This document shows positions 29,601 through 36,311 of a stretch of DNA of 58,332 nt, one piece after another. The DNA comes from a virus (taxonomy: Duplodnaviria; Caudoviricetes): positions 1 through 58,332 of IMG/VR virus record IMGVR_UViG_3300037692_000546. One strand, written 5' to 3'. The notes beneath the pieces were generated by a model. The model was not told where the DNA came from, did not search any database, and was given only the letters and a program-made list of their open reading frames with translations. How positions within the stretch are numbered: the first letter of the stretch is position 1; every line of letters starts with the position of its first letter. Position numbers and translations under genes: made by a program.

Positions 29601-32600
29601 CGCCAAACTGATTCTGCGTCTGCTGCCGCAATTAACCACGTTCTTCGAGTTTTCGTCCAAGGCCAATGGCTTCAGTTTCGAAAAGGATCTGTTGCTACAG
29701 AAATCAGATATGAATTCGATCTATTCCTTGTTTGCTGAAACGCTCGGCTTCTCGCTGGAGCCAGGCCGCGACGTGCGGTATGCCGGCGAGCAGTTTCAGA
29801 CTGCAGTGCAAAGCGGCCAAGCCTTAAGCGGCAAGATCTGGAAAGCGATCTTCCCCACCGGTTCGATCTCGCGCAAACAGTTCATGACCAGTATCGAGAA
29901 GTTCGCCAAGCTGGTGTTCGATAAATTTAAAGAGATCCGGCCCAAATTCATTCACGCCGACCTCTGGGCCAGTCCGGAAGAAACCAAGCTGGCGTACAAG
30001 GCGGCGCATGCCGGCACCTATCTGAAAGATCAGTTAAGCCGCAAGCTGGAAAAGTATCGCCGCACCTTTCACGGCTGGACTCCGGAACAACTGGAAAAGC
30101 TCAACGATGACTTCGCTCGCGGCGTTACCGCCGAGCGTTCAACCGATCTAAAAGTCTTGACGGCTTACGATAAACATATGACCGCCTTGCTGCGGGCGCG
30201 GGCGGACGGCAAACTGACCGAATGGCAGTTCAACAAGAAGTCGAAACAGGCCTATGAAAAGACCATGGTTCGCACCCAGGACCCGATCGATGTCGGTACG
30301 CCTGTCCGCCCGAACGCCAGCGGTATCGCCAAGGCCAAGGCGCTTGGTTACAGCGACGAGGTGATCGAAGTCTTTCAGCAGTATAAAGAGCAGGCCGACA
30401 TCATGTACACCGCTCTACGGAAGATCTATCCCGATTTGCCGCACAACGCGACTCATTACGGGCAGTCGATCCGCTGGTTCAGTAAGAACGGTATTGTCCT
30501 CGACGACAGTTATGACTGGGCGGTCAATCCGGAATATTCCAAACTCGAAGGCAACAAGCGCTTCTTAAAGAACCGCGATATGGAAAGAACGACCAGGGAG
30601 ATCGCCGAGGAATACCAGATTGAGGCGCAGACCCTCAATCCCCACGACCTCTTTCTCCGCTACATGCACGACGCCCAACGGTTGATCACCTTACATGAAG
30701 TGTTGCAGGAAGGCATGAGCAAGAAGCTGATCAAGGGCTTCCATGGCGAAAACCGCGAGACGAAAGCGGCCAAGGAAGGTTATGTGCCGGTCAACGATAA
30801 CGTCTTTAAGATACTGGCCAAGCTCGATCTGCCGGAAACCTTTCGCATCCAACTGGCCGGTGGCGATTATCTGCAACAGCAGAATCGCGAAGCGGTTTAT
30901 GGAACCCACGAAGAAGCTAGCCAAGCTCTGAACCAGGGCTTACAGGAAGATCCTGCTACTTTTAGTATGGCCACCATCGAAACCGGCAAGGGCCTCTCAC
31001 AGCAGCATACCGCGCAATGGCGGGTGTTGCTTGTTACCCCCCAGGGCGATCGCTTGCCGCATCAGCAGACCTTTCAGACCGAACGACAGGCCAATGAGTT
31101 TGCAACTCAGAAGCAACAGGAAACTGGTATTCCGCATTATGCAGAACGCGAACTGGCGACCGCCGATACGGCGCAGATTGGTCAGTTCTATATGCGTAAA
31201 GATCTCGCCAACATGCTCAATATCTTGCTGGGTAAGGATCATATTCGCAACGGCACGTTCATGGGTATTAGCGGTAACCAGGTGATGAATGTCAAAAATA
31301 TGCAGACCTCGGTGGAATTTGCTGTGTCGATGTTTCACCTGATGACCATCGGCCAGGAAATGGTCTCGTCCGAAGCGGGACACGTCCTGCAGCGCTACAA
31401 AGGTTCCGAACGGGTCAAGCGTTTCATCAACGCCTTCCGCCCAGGCAAAACCTTTGGCAAGGCCAATCAGCTGGTGACCTTGTTGACCGCGGTCATCGCC
31501 GATGAAAGCCTGGCGACCGATCCGGCGGTAATCCAAAAAGCCAACGAACTGCTCGGCACCAGCAGCGTCGATCTGCTCGACCTGGTCAAGACCTACTACG
31601 ACGGGGTTGGCGGCATGCTCGGCCAGGACGAAAGCCTGCGCTCCTCGGTGCACGGTTATGGCAAGATGCGCTACACCAGTAAAGAGGACAAGCTGAATGT
31701 GGTTAACGGCGAAGTGCAGTTCGAACGCGGTATCGTCTCCGATCTGTCGTTAAAGGCGATGATGGACTCGGGCGGTGAAGTGTTCGACAACGAAATGGCC
31801 AAATCTGGCAAGAAGTGGAAGGCGGTCAGCAAGACGACCCTGTTTGGTTTGATGCAGGCGCCATCGGCTTTCCTCATGGAATACGGCATTCCCCGGGTAA
31901 AAATGGCGATGTGGGCCCAAGAATACACTTTGGAGCTGGATCGGCAGAAAGACGCAATTGCGGCCGGCAGCAAGACCAAGGATGAAATCGCCCGCGACGT
32001 GATGTTCTTCATCGAAGATCGGTTTGGCGAAGTGAACTGGAAAAACATGTGGATGAAGCCGACCGCCAAGACCGCGCTGCAGTTCCTCTTCCGCTCCTTC
32101 ACCTGGATGGCCGGTTCCTGGGTCGCCCTCGGTAAGGCCGGCTACGATCTCGGCAAACTCGGCTGGTTCACCATCAAGGGCGAACAATATCAACTGACGA
32201 CTAAAGGATATTGGGGGGTAACAGCCTTGATGTCACACATGCTGACCGTCGGTCTGGTCTCGACCGCCTATCTGGCCATTGGGGCAGCGGGCGGTGAAGA
32301 CGAAGTGCCGGATGATGAAGAAACCCCTCTTCTGACCAAGATGCTCTTTCCGCGGGTTTCGCGGGACGACCCGCAAGGTCGGATTACCGTGCCGTCTTAT
32401 ATCACTGAGCTGTACAAAATCATGCGCCATCTCGGGTTGATCGGGGATAATCAGGAACTATCAAAACTGGTTACTGGCAGGTTTAACTCCTTGGTGGGTA
32501 AAACGATTGAAGTGATCAATGGTGAAGATTGGCGAGGGGTATCGATTACTGCGCATGATGATGGCTTTGTCACTCGGGCCGCCAAACAAGCCGCGCACAT

Positions 32601-33156
32601 TGCTCTGGTTATGCCAATTTCGCTATCCACCGTAGCGCGGTCGATACAGAAGAAAGGCTTTAGCGGTGGAGCGGCAATTGGCCTGGCAGGGTTTACCGAT
32701 GCCCCTGCTTCGGCGAAACGTTCCGATGCCGCCAACAAGGCCTTTGAAATCAGAAGGCAAGAATACAAAGGCCGGCGGATCGATCCGGAGGACATGGAAG
32801 AAAGCGAAACCATCCGCCGAGCGGTTTATCAATACGCCCAGGGCGATCCTTCCGCCGTTAAGGAACTGCGGGCCGCCGGCAAACTCTCGACCAGGCAGTT
32901 TCAAAACGCCTTGCAGAAACAGCCAAGGATTAACGGCAAGCGCAACCCACGCTACAAGGACCCCTTATCGTCTGCGCTCAAAGGCCTGACCATCACCGGG
33001 GCAATGGAGACCTGGCAGTACATGACCGATACGGAAAAAAGGAAACACAAGACGACGCTGCGCAAGAAGTTCTACAACGTTCAGCGTCGCAACGATCGTT
33101 CGCCGCAGGAAAAAGACCTTATTCGGAAGAAGATGAAGGAGCTGCAGATCTTATGA
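23641..33156 (+). CDS. giant ejection / large polyvalent protein (NADAR-like, HExxH metallopeptidase-like and LPD38-like regions)
   Basis: 3171 aa, no Cys seen; Gly/Ala-rich N-terminus; NADAR-like ~25276-25640; HEVFH at 29263-29277; E..NG.DW.G..I near the C-terminus. Confidence 0.75.
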   Translation: MAGALSESMVEYALRKQTGEPVKNASFLDRTKDVGVDAMRAVVGAGESAVGLVDFLNPVSTLFPKLSLGSSLSKIGYDPKATHEILSDLYSDERQAEQRDVSEAFDESFWGGMGEAFSNPATVAGTVVQSIPSMLIGRGLGGVAGKASALVKASPWLQAGLGEGLVTAGSTMEQLRQEKGETDLGDRGYAALAGGLTGLLGGVSNKLGGKLGIGDIDAPTPQEVLLKGARKSGARRFAEGALMEGFVEELPQSMQEQVIMNVATDKPWSEGLSEAAGMGALSGMAMGGPMGAYQQKLQLNEAAREQAHQELLSETEQRLAAEEVKQETGLAQGTASQSLLTEAPTIDELATGQTVLALRGQTAEKQQEIEHQAAQNEALITEEEIQQQEADPIHHPIAQAIGIETPLFRQAVSQIYTAAKNFGEFSKQLVQQFGEAVKQYAVKLWTAYKGSKLAEQRGSFSLKPTGDPVVDEHLTAQRDNKVSKLIDRAFGEIEEGTTTPATLTSLREAYQGLPEGELKAELLEMGRQYAERSKQAAPAQTTEAKGINISTRAGDPLGRALTNPTWGSKKDGKNYFDVETAYKANASRKKAPQLNADEALHYDMNLMYGLQVEKFKRHPELVEEITQRGGVDFLKASEHTVGVKGSRWEGKGEQSNFIRVLVKAYEAALKESSAAAKEAAPATDPLTEKTAYLDDLRQTVNQPKETALAVEEDYSNPEGALQTLYEKIRKTPGRQRSSDNYWKLKAQREVTARDGEELISAESVPFAQRNEEQKGLGQKNQWKDKEKSPPADFWLDFAFSLKEPPADKQSSPAPSKAGQKRLLTLQQHYNGLLPTLRKAYQSASPENQARIAALGQRLQQQLAPTATAPLQEQVVSDDYGSVEELMAAMAKVLPEHKRPLNKEERDHKQLMEQITGVHLSEEQRKSLFRERAQQLKDAAKQEKDRESIADRGKAKTVRRIEYLQNRRESLTNELTTLETVKADLGDNSGIEMKLDAVAEELQSVEDELAKTQEEIYAGQLAQEERWLDQGEAAAQEEFYDGSEEEGDDAFSGVAKPRKLKPIDNLDANPKKGVGGLDADELTPGVDPDRARFDYLRRPSDDLEQDLAADDPTQQKALSDAFEQMMANPELATAAEGEQSPAAFIANILDSLKERYDIDLVVKALLAKEKITTLRKLKPGLPQFLSDLLEYDERLPDIDEYDLTAKEEVEVNQLFNEEIRAEEAVLSQVDPKVLENATKGLQTVTSLEKLASNNPTLKRALARSRQEVRRLSKAQAREKQYGLFRSATQSYLDGKELRQADVSQATINRLAAQNIVPFLDALYTLANEGLKKKAHILDIGRVLNTMRRNTLATDDFRYLDKAANKTRPTDDPTQGLVVRQLLRNFMVQAGWDEKSAWSDEQVAEALPENLEALNNGRPAPDSGDITMFMSKAAWDIRNTEPLINIYGSMNQDGRRHDTSKVLWVRTKRPNGTWSEPMPMNELDVVAMEEKNLPIQRTGRELAPGAVTQLFAWTQDNTRRNLWGEAIERNLLLNGAPVTEEMFKANEALHERISELQEKNKTRTAQEDGELKTAERQAQTMDIAIKAGLWNRQFKAAKILDNDYFEKLAKAAKYKPLQKTAAELYELFQQHGADPVAFKSVLTQQLLDHRQEELTGFHHRALQALDKASRNDKEAVAAAAQKEVRTFLLQKLGKELGGLYEQKYDQGQAVTLDAVQTRTVEAARVYELQALRALDQTIKQERSADYRKKAATADDRKVEKVLSLATEKYLRSLEVEISDYFVPKAQLDSFEQELQSQHPYLTVGQFSLNNLTPILLNEQSLFEQMLNKVASLFGADLVLVNAPGYRSRYVGKATDGRSKIILNARVGKVDLARVFAHEVFHHVLNKLTKGEFLAFRNSLQHMIANPGLYRGELANRFIQDTYLSGMNEDGPNLRSITLLNQAIAATAVKEGISREQAEQEVMSELFADVATSKAFYEHLAKTLPGRTLAAKLILRLLPQLTTFFEFSSKANGFSFEKDLLLQKSDMNSIYSLFAETLGFSLEPGRDVRYAGEQFQTAVQSGQALSGKIWKAIFPTGSISRKQFMTSIEKFAKLVFDKFKEIRPKFIHADLWASPEETKLAYKAAHAGTYLKDQLSRKLEKYRRTFHGWTPEQLEKLNDDFARGVTAERSTDLKVLTAYDKHMTALLRARADGKLTEWQFNKKSKQAYEKTMVRTQDPIDVGTPVRPNASGIAKAKALGYSDEVIEVFQQYKEQADIMYTALRKIYPDLPHNATHYGQSIRWFSKNGIVLDDSYDWAVNPEYSKLEGNKRFLKNRDMERTTREIAEEYQIEAQTLNPHDLFLRYMHDAQRLITLHEVLQEGMSKKLIKGFHGENRETKAAKEGYVPVNDNVFKILAKLDLPETFRIQLAGGDYLQQQNREAVYGTHEEASQALNQGLQEDPATFSMATIETGKGLSQQHTAQWRVLLVTPQGDRLPHQQTFQTERQANEFATQKQQETGIPHYAERELATADTAQIGQFYMRKDLANMLNILLGKDHIRNGTFMGISGNQVMNVKNMQTSVEFAVSMFHLMTIGQEMVSSEAGHVLQRYKGSERVKRFINAFRPGKTFGKANQLVTLLTAVIADESLATDPAVIQKANELLGTSSVDLLDLVKTYYDGVGGMLGQDESLRSSVHGYGKMRYTSKEDKLNVVNGEVQFERGIVSDLSLKAMMDSGGEVFDNEMAKSGKKWKAVSKTTLFGLMQAPSAFLMEYGIPRVKMAMWAQEYTLELDRQKDAIAAGSKTKDEIARDVMFFIEDRFGEVNWKNMWMKPTAKTALQFLFRSFTWMAGSWVALGKAGYDLGKLGWFTIKGEQYQLTTKGYWGVTALMSHMLTVGLVSTAYLAIGAAGGEDEVPDDEETPLLTKMLFPRVSRDDPQGRITVPSYITELYKIMRHLGLIGDNQELSKLVTGRFNSLVGKTIEVINGEDWRGVSITAHDDGFVTRAAKQAAHIALVMPISLSTVARSIQKKGFSGGAAIGLAGFTDAPASAKRSDAANKAFEIRRQEYKGRRIDPEDMEESETIRRAVYQYAQGDPSAVKELRAAGKLSTRQFQNALQKQPRINGKRNPRYKDPLSSALKGLTITGAMETWQYMTDTEKRKHKTTLRKKFYNVQRRNDRSPQEKDLIRKKMKELQIL

Positions 33157-33509
33157 ATATTACCCCCGCAACCAGGAACCTGACCGTGCAACGTGGCGAC
33201 GATTTTGCTTTTACCTTCGATATCGAACTCGACGCTGACGGTACGGTATCGATCCTCGATTTGACCGATGCCACCGTTTTGTCACAGATCCGGGAAAAAC
33301 CGGAACCGGCCGCCACCCTGATCCATGATTTTAATGTTGCCATGAATGCTTCCAATGAAATAACCTTGTCGCTGACCGATACCGTCACCGCGGCGATCAC
33401 CAAAAACGTCGGTTACTACGACGTGCTGGTGATTATCGGTGATGACAAGACCCACTATCTCAAAGGGGAGATCACCTTCCTCGGTACGGTAACGCAGCAG
33501 GAGGCCTAA
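33153..33509 (+). CDS. tail-fibre attachment beta-sandwich protein (BppU/LtfC-like)
   Basis: NL.VQRGDDF...DLT...QIR...ITLSL....T......YD...G pattern. Confidence 0.55.
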   Translation: MNITPATRNLTVQRGDDFAFTFDIELDADGTVSILDLTDATVLSQIREKPEPAATLIHDFNVAMNASNEITLSLTDTVTAAITKNVGYYDVLVIIGDDKTHYLKGEITFLGTVTQQEA

Positions 33510-33510
33510 C

Positions 33511-34470
33511 GTGGCGACCACGATCCGCATCAAACAGACCGCTGTTGCCACCATCCGCGTCAAGGCGGTGCAGAGCTATACCGTGCGCATCAAGGAACGC
33601 GGCCCTCAAGGCATTGCCGGACCGGCTGGTGAGCTCGGCCCCGACAATATGCTCAAGTCAGCTTACGATACCGACGACGATGGCAAGGTCAATGCGGCGG
33701 TAAACGCCGATATAGCCCCCTGGAGCGGCGTAAGCGGAAAGCCTGATACTTACCCCCCTTCCGGTCATTCCCATCCCTACGAGCCTGCTGACGGCACAAT
33801 CCTCAAGGATGCGGATATCGGGGTTACGGTCGCAGCGCAGACGCATGCGCACGACGATCGCTACTACACCGAAGCAGAAGCTGCTGCTTTGTTGCTCGGC
33901 AAGTCGAATACAGATCATCTGCATACCGGAGTCTATGAACCGGCCGATGCCACGCTGCTGAAAAGCGCCCAGATCGGCACGGTGGTCGCGGCACAGGTCC
34001 ACAGCCACGATGATCTTTATTATACCGAAGGTGAAACCGATCTGCTGCTGGCCGATAAATCCAATACCGACCATCTGCACGCCGATGTGTACGAGCCCGC
34101 CGATGCGACGATCCTTAAAGACGGTGATATCGGCGTATCAGTTGCCGATCAGAATCACGCCCATGCAGGCATGTATGAGCCCATAGATGCCACGATCTTA
34201 AGAGATGCAGATATTGGGGTATCTGTGCCGACAATCAACCATACCCATGGCGATGAATGGGCGGAGATTGATCACAACCATAACGGCGTACACGCCCTGG
34301 AAGAACACGAGCATACGATCGCCGATATCGACACCGAAGCGACCCCTGCCGACCGGGTCCTGGCCTCGCAGGGTAACGGCAACGCCTACTGGAAAGAACT
34401 GGCCGAAACAGATATTTCGGAATATCCGACCATCGGGGATGTTGTCGCCCTGGTGATTGCTTTGAGTTAG
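33511..34470 (+). CDS. tail fibre shaft protein with HxH repeats
   Basis: Short collagen GPQG, W..V.GKP..YPP..HSH, four YEP.D.T.L repeats, nine HxH motifs. Confidence 0.7.
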   Translation: MATTIRIKQTAVATIRVKAVQSYTVRIKERGPQGIAGPAGELGPDNMLKSAYDTDDDGKVNAAVNADIAPWSGVSGKPDTYPPSGHSHPYEPADGTILKDADIGVTVAAQTHAHDDRYYTEAEAAALLLGKSNTDHLHTGVYEPADATLLKSAQIGTVVAAQVHSHDDLYYTEGETDLLLADKSNTDHLHADVYEPADATILKDGDIGVSVADQNHAHAGMYEPIDATILRDADIGVSVPTINHTHGDEWAEIDHNHNGVHALEEHEHTIADIDTEATPADRVLASQGNGNAYWKELAETDISEYPTIGDVVALVIALS

Positions 34471-34478
34471 GAGACTTT

Positions 34479-34784
34479 ATGGCCAACACCTTTAAGCGCC
34501 TGCTGGCGTCGGTTTCTACTTCAGAGTCAACTATCTATACCGTGCCGGCGGCCACTACCACAGTAGTGATCGGTTTCAACGTCGCCAACAAGCTCGGAAC
34601 GATGATAACCGTGGACGTCACGGCAGCCGGCAAACAGATGGGTAAGACTCTGCCGGTTCCGGCCGGCGCATCCCTTGGCATGCTCGACGGCAAACTGGTG
34701 CTAGAAGCGGCGGATACGATTACCGCGACCGCCGATACCACCGACAGCGTGGACATTATTCTTTCGGTAATGGAGATCAGCTGA
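34479..34784 (+). CDS. small tail-fibre-associated virion protein
   Basis: MANTFK...YTVPA.TT..VIG..VAN...KLVLEA.D pattern common before podovirus fibre genes. Confidence 0.65.
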   Translation: MANTFKRLLASVSTSESTIYTVPAATTTVVIGFNVANKLGTMITVDVTAAGKQMGKTLPVPAGASLGMLDGKLVLEAADTITATADTTDSVDIILSVMEIS

Positions 34785-35002
34785 TGAGCTATCTGGGCAA
34801 CCCGCGGATCGCCATGATGCGCCAGGATCGGATGCCGGTCGCCAACTACGAGGTGGCCGGGAATCCGACGGTGGACGTTAACCCGGCGTTTGTGCCTTGT
34901 TCCTGGCTGAATGTCCTTACAGGTGAGATCTTCGTCTGTACCGACAACACGACTGGGGCGAATATCTGGAAGGGCCAGCTCGGCACTTCGGTTCCGGTAT
35001 AA
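34784..35002 (+). CDS. tail mini-domain protein, copy 1
   Basis: MSYLGNP anchor plus NPT..VNP...WLN..TGE.FVC.DNT.GAN.W.GQ. Confidence 0.65.
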   Translation: MSYLGNPRIAMMRQDRMPVANYEVAGNPTVDVNPAFVPCSWLNVLTGEIFVCTDNTTGANIWKGQLGTSVPV

Positions 35003-35012
35003 GGAATAATCT

Positions 35013-35693
35013 ATGGGCGACATATTTAAACGAGGCAACTTCGATTATATTCAGCCGGGGAACCCGACCGTCAACATCAATCCAAAAGTCTCTCCCGCCA
35101 CCTGGTTGAATGTGACGACTGGCGAGGTGTTTGTTTGTATTGACCCAGCAGTAGGGGGCAATGTTTGGATAGGGCAAAAAAATTATAGAGTTATGCCGTT
35201 CAGTGGGCCGATTGCTCTACCTGTGGTTAATCCTGATGCCTCGCTAGACCTAAGCATTGGGTGGATTAATGAAGTTGGAACTCTTAAAAGAAGAACTTTA
35301 TCAGGTGCGCCGAGTGGTGGCTATTACTTCTACTCTACTGATTCCGAAACGCGTGCCAGACAAACCATAAATCTTGAAGATTATCGCTACTTTATAGAAT
35401 TTTCTTCTATAAAGTTAGAACTCCAATACTGGTATAATGGCTACTCTGGCGACGACGATAGCAGTCAAATAGGCGTTCGATTTAGGGATTCTATGATGAA
35501 CGTTATAGGTAGTGAAATATGGTCACCCTTGGTTGAAACTGACGGAGGGCCTTGGTTACAAATTCCAGCCCTTGAAGCCGCAATCCCTGCAGAAACGAGG
35601 AATTTAGATATTTTAATAGGGATGAACAGAACAGGTGGAGTAGATAACAATGCTTACATGGATGACATCACAGCTAACTTGGTGGAGCAGTAA
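35013..35693 (+). CDS. tail mini-domain copy 2 fused to a galactose-binding-like/FBA-like domain (candidate receptor-binding protein)
   Basis: N-terminal repeat domain; C-terminal VNP...GW...QTINL...IP..TR...NAYMDDI jelly-roll pattern; AT-richer DNA. Confidence 0.6.
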   Translation: MGDIFKRGNFDYIQPGNPTVNINPKVSPATWLNVTTGEVFVCIDPAVGGNVWIGQKNYRVMPFSGPIALPVVNPDASLDLSIGWINEVGTLKRRTLSGAPSGGYYFYSTDSETRARQTINLEDYRYFIEFSSIKLELQYWYNGYSGDDDSSQIGVRFRDSMMNVIGSEIWSPLVETDGGPWLQIPALEAAIPAETRNLDILIGMNRTGGVDNNAYMDDITANLVEQ

Positions 35694-35885
35694 ATGTATC
35701 AAATAACACCACAACATAATTTCGACTATATCGAAGCCACTGATCCGACAATCATCGTTGATCCACCTTGTCAACACGTCTCATGGTTGAACAAAACTAC
35801 GGGACAAATATTCTTCTGCACATCCAACACACCTGGAGCTAATGTCTGGGTCGGCCAGATGGGAGATACCATTGAACCCGCTTAG
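35694..35885 (+). CDS. tail mini-domain protein, copy 3
   Basis: FDY...DPT...P....WLN.TTGQIFFC..NT.GANVW.GQ. Confidence 0.65.
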   Translation: MYQITPQHNFDYIEATDPTIIVDPPCQHVSWLNKTTGQIFFCTSNTPGANVWVGQMGDTIEPA

Positions 35886-36069
35886 AATAGAGACCGCGAA
35901 GGGCTTTGATTACATCGTCCCCGCCAACCCAACGATCAATGTCAATCCGAAAGGCTTGCACGTCACCTGGCTAAATAGTGTGACAGGGGAGTTGTTTGTC
36001 TGCATCGATAATGCGGCTGGAGCGAATGTTTGGGCCGGGCAAAGAGGGACAGCGGTTCCTGCTATTTAA
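35872..36069 (+). CDS. tail mini-domain protein, copy 4
   Basis: FDYIVPANPTINVNP...WLNSVTGELFVCIDN; TTG start after GGGAG. Confidence 0.6.
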   Translation: MNPLRIETAKGFDYIVPANPTINVNPKGLHVTWLNSVTGELFVCIDNAAGANVWAGQRGTAVPAI

Positions 36070-36080
36070 GGAGAAGTTCT

Positions 36081-36302
36081 ATGGTTAAATATATAGGCAA
36101 TCAACCAGGTCTTGAAATCGTTCAGTCCTTCTCCGATAAGTGGGACTATATGCAGACCGCAAACCCTACAGTAGCTGTCAACCCACCCCACCTTTATGCC
36201 ACCTGGTTGAACGGCACATCTGGTGAGGAGTTTGTTTGTATTGACAACACTTCCGGGGCTAATATCTGGAAGGGCCAGATGGGCACTACGGTTCCAGCCT
36301 AA
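36081..36302 (+). CDS. tail mini-domain protein, copy 5
   Basis: MVKYIGNQP anchor plus WDY...NPT..VNP...WLNGTSGEEFVCIDNT. Confidence 0.65.
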   Translation: MVKYIGNQPGLEIVQSFSDKWDYMQTANPTVAVNPPHLYATWLNGTSGEEFVCIDNTSGANIWKGQMGTTVPA

Positions 36303-36311
36303 AGGATCATC

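Noticed and set aside
12657-32904. Long antisense ORFs within late genes (e.g. 12657-13331, 14089-15027, 21859-22659, 27493-28566, 30997-31653)
   Set aside because: Shadow frames of codon-biased + strand genes with no recognisable motifs.
23641-33156. Virion RNA polymerase (N4- or crAss-like)
   Set aside because: Size and lack of Cys fit, but no DxDxD or T7-type polymerase motifs were recognised; a structure search would be needed to exclude it fully.
34784-36302. Diversity-generating retroelement (TR/VR pair) among the tail repeats
   Set aside because: No reverse transcriptase is visible, and the copies differ at all base types rather than only at adenines.
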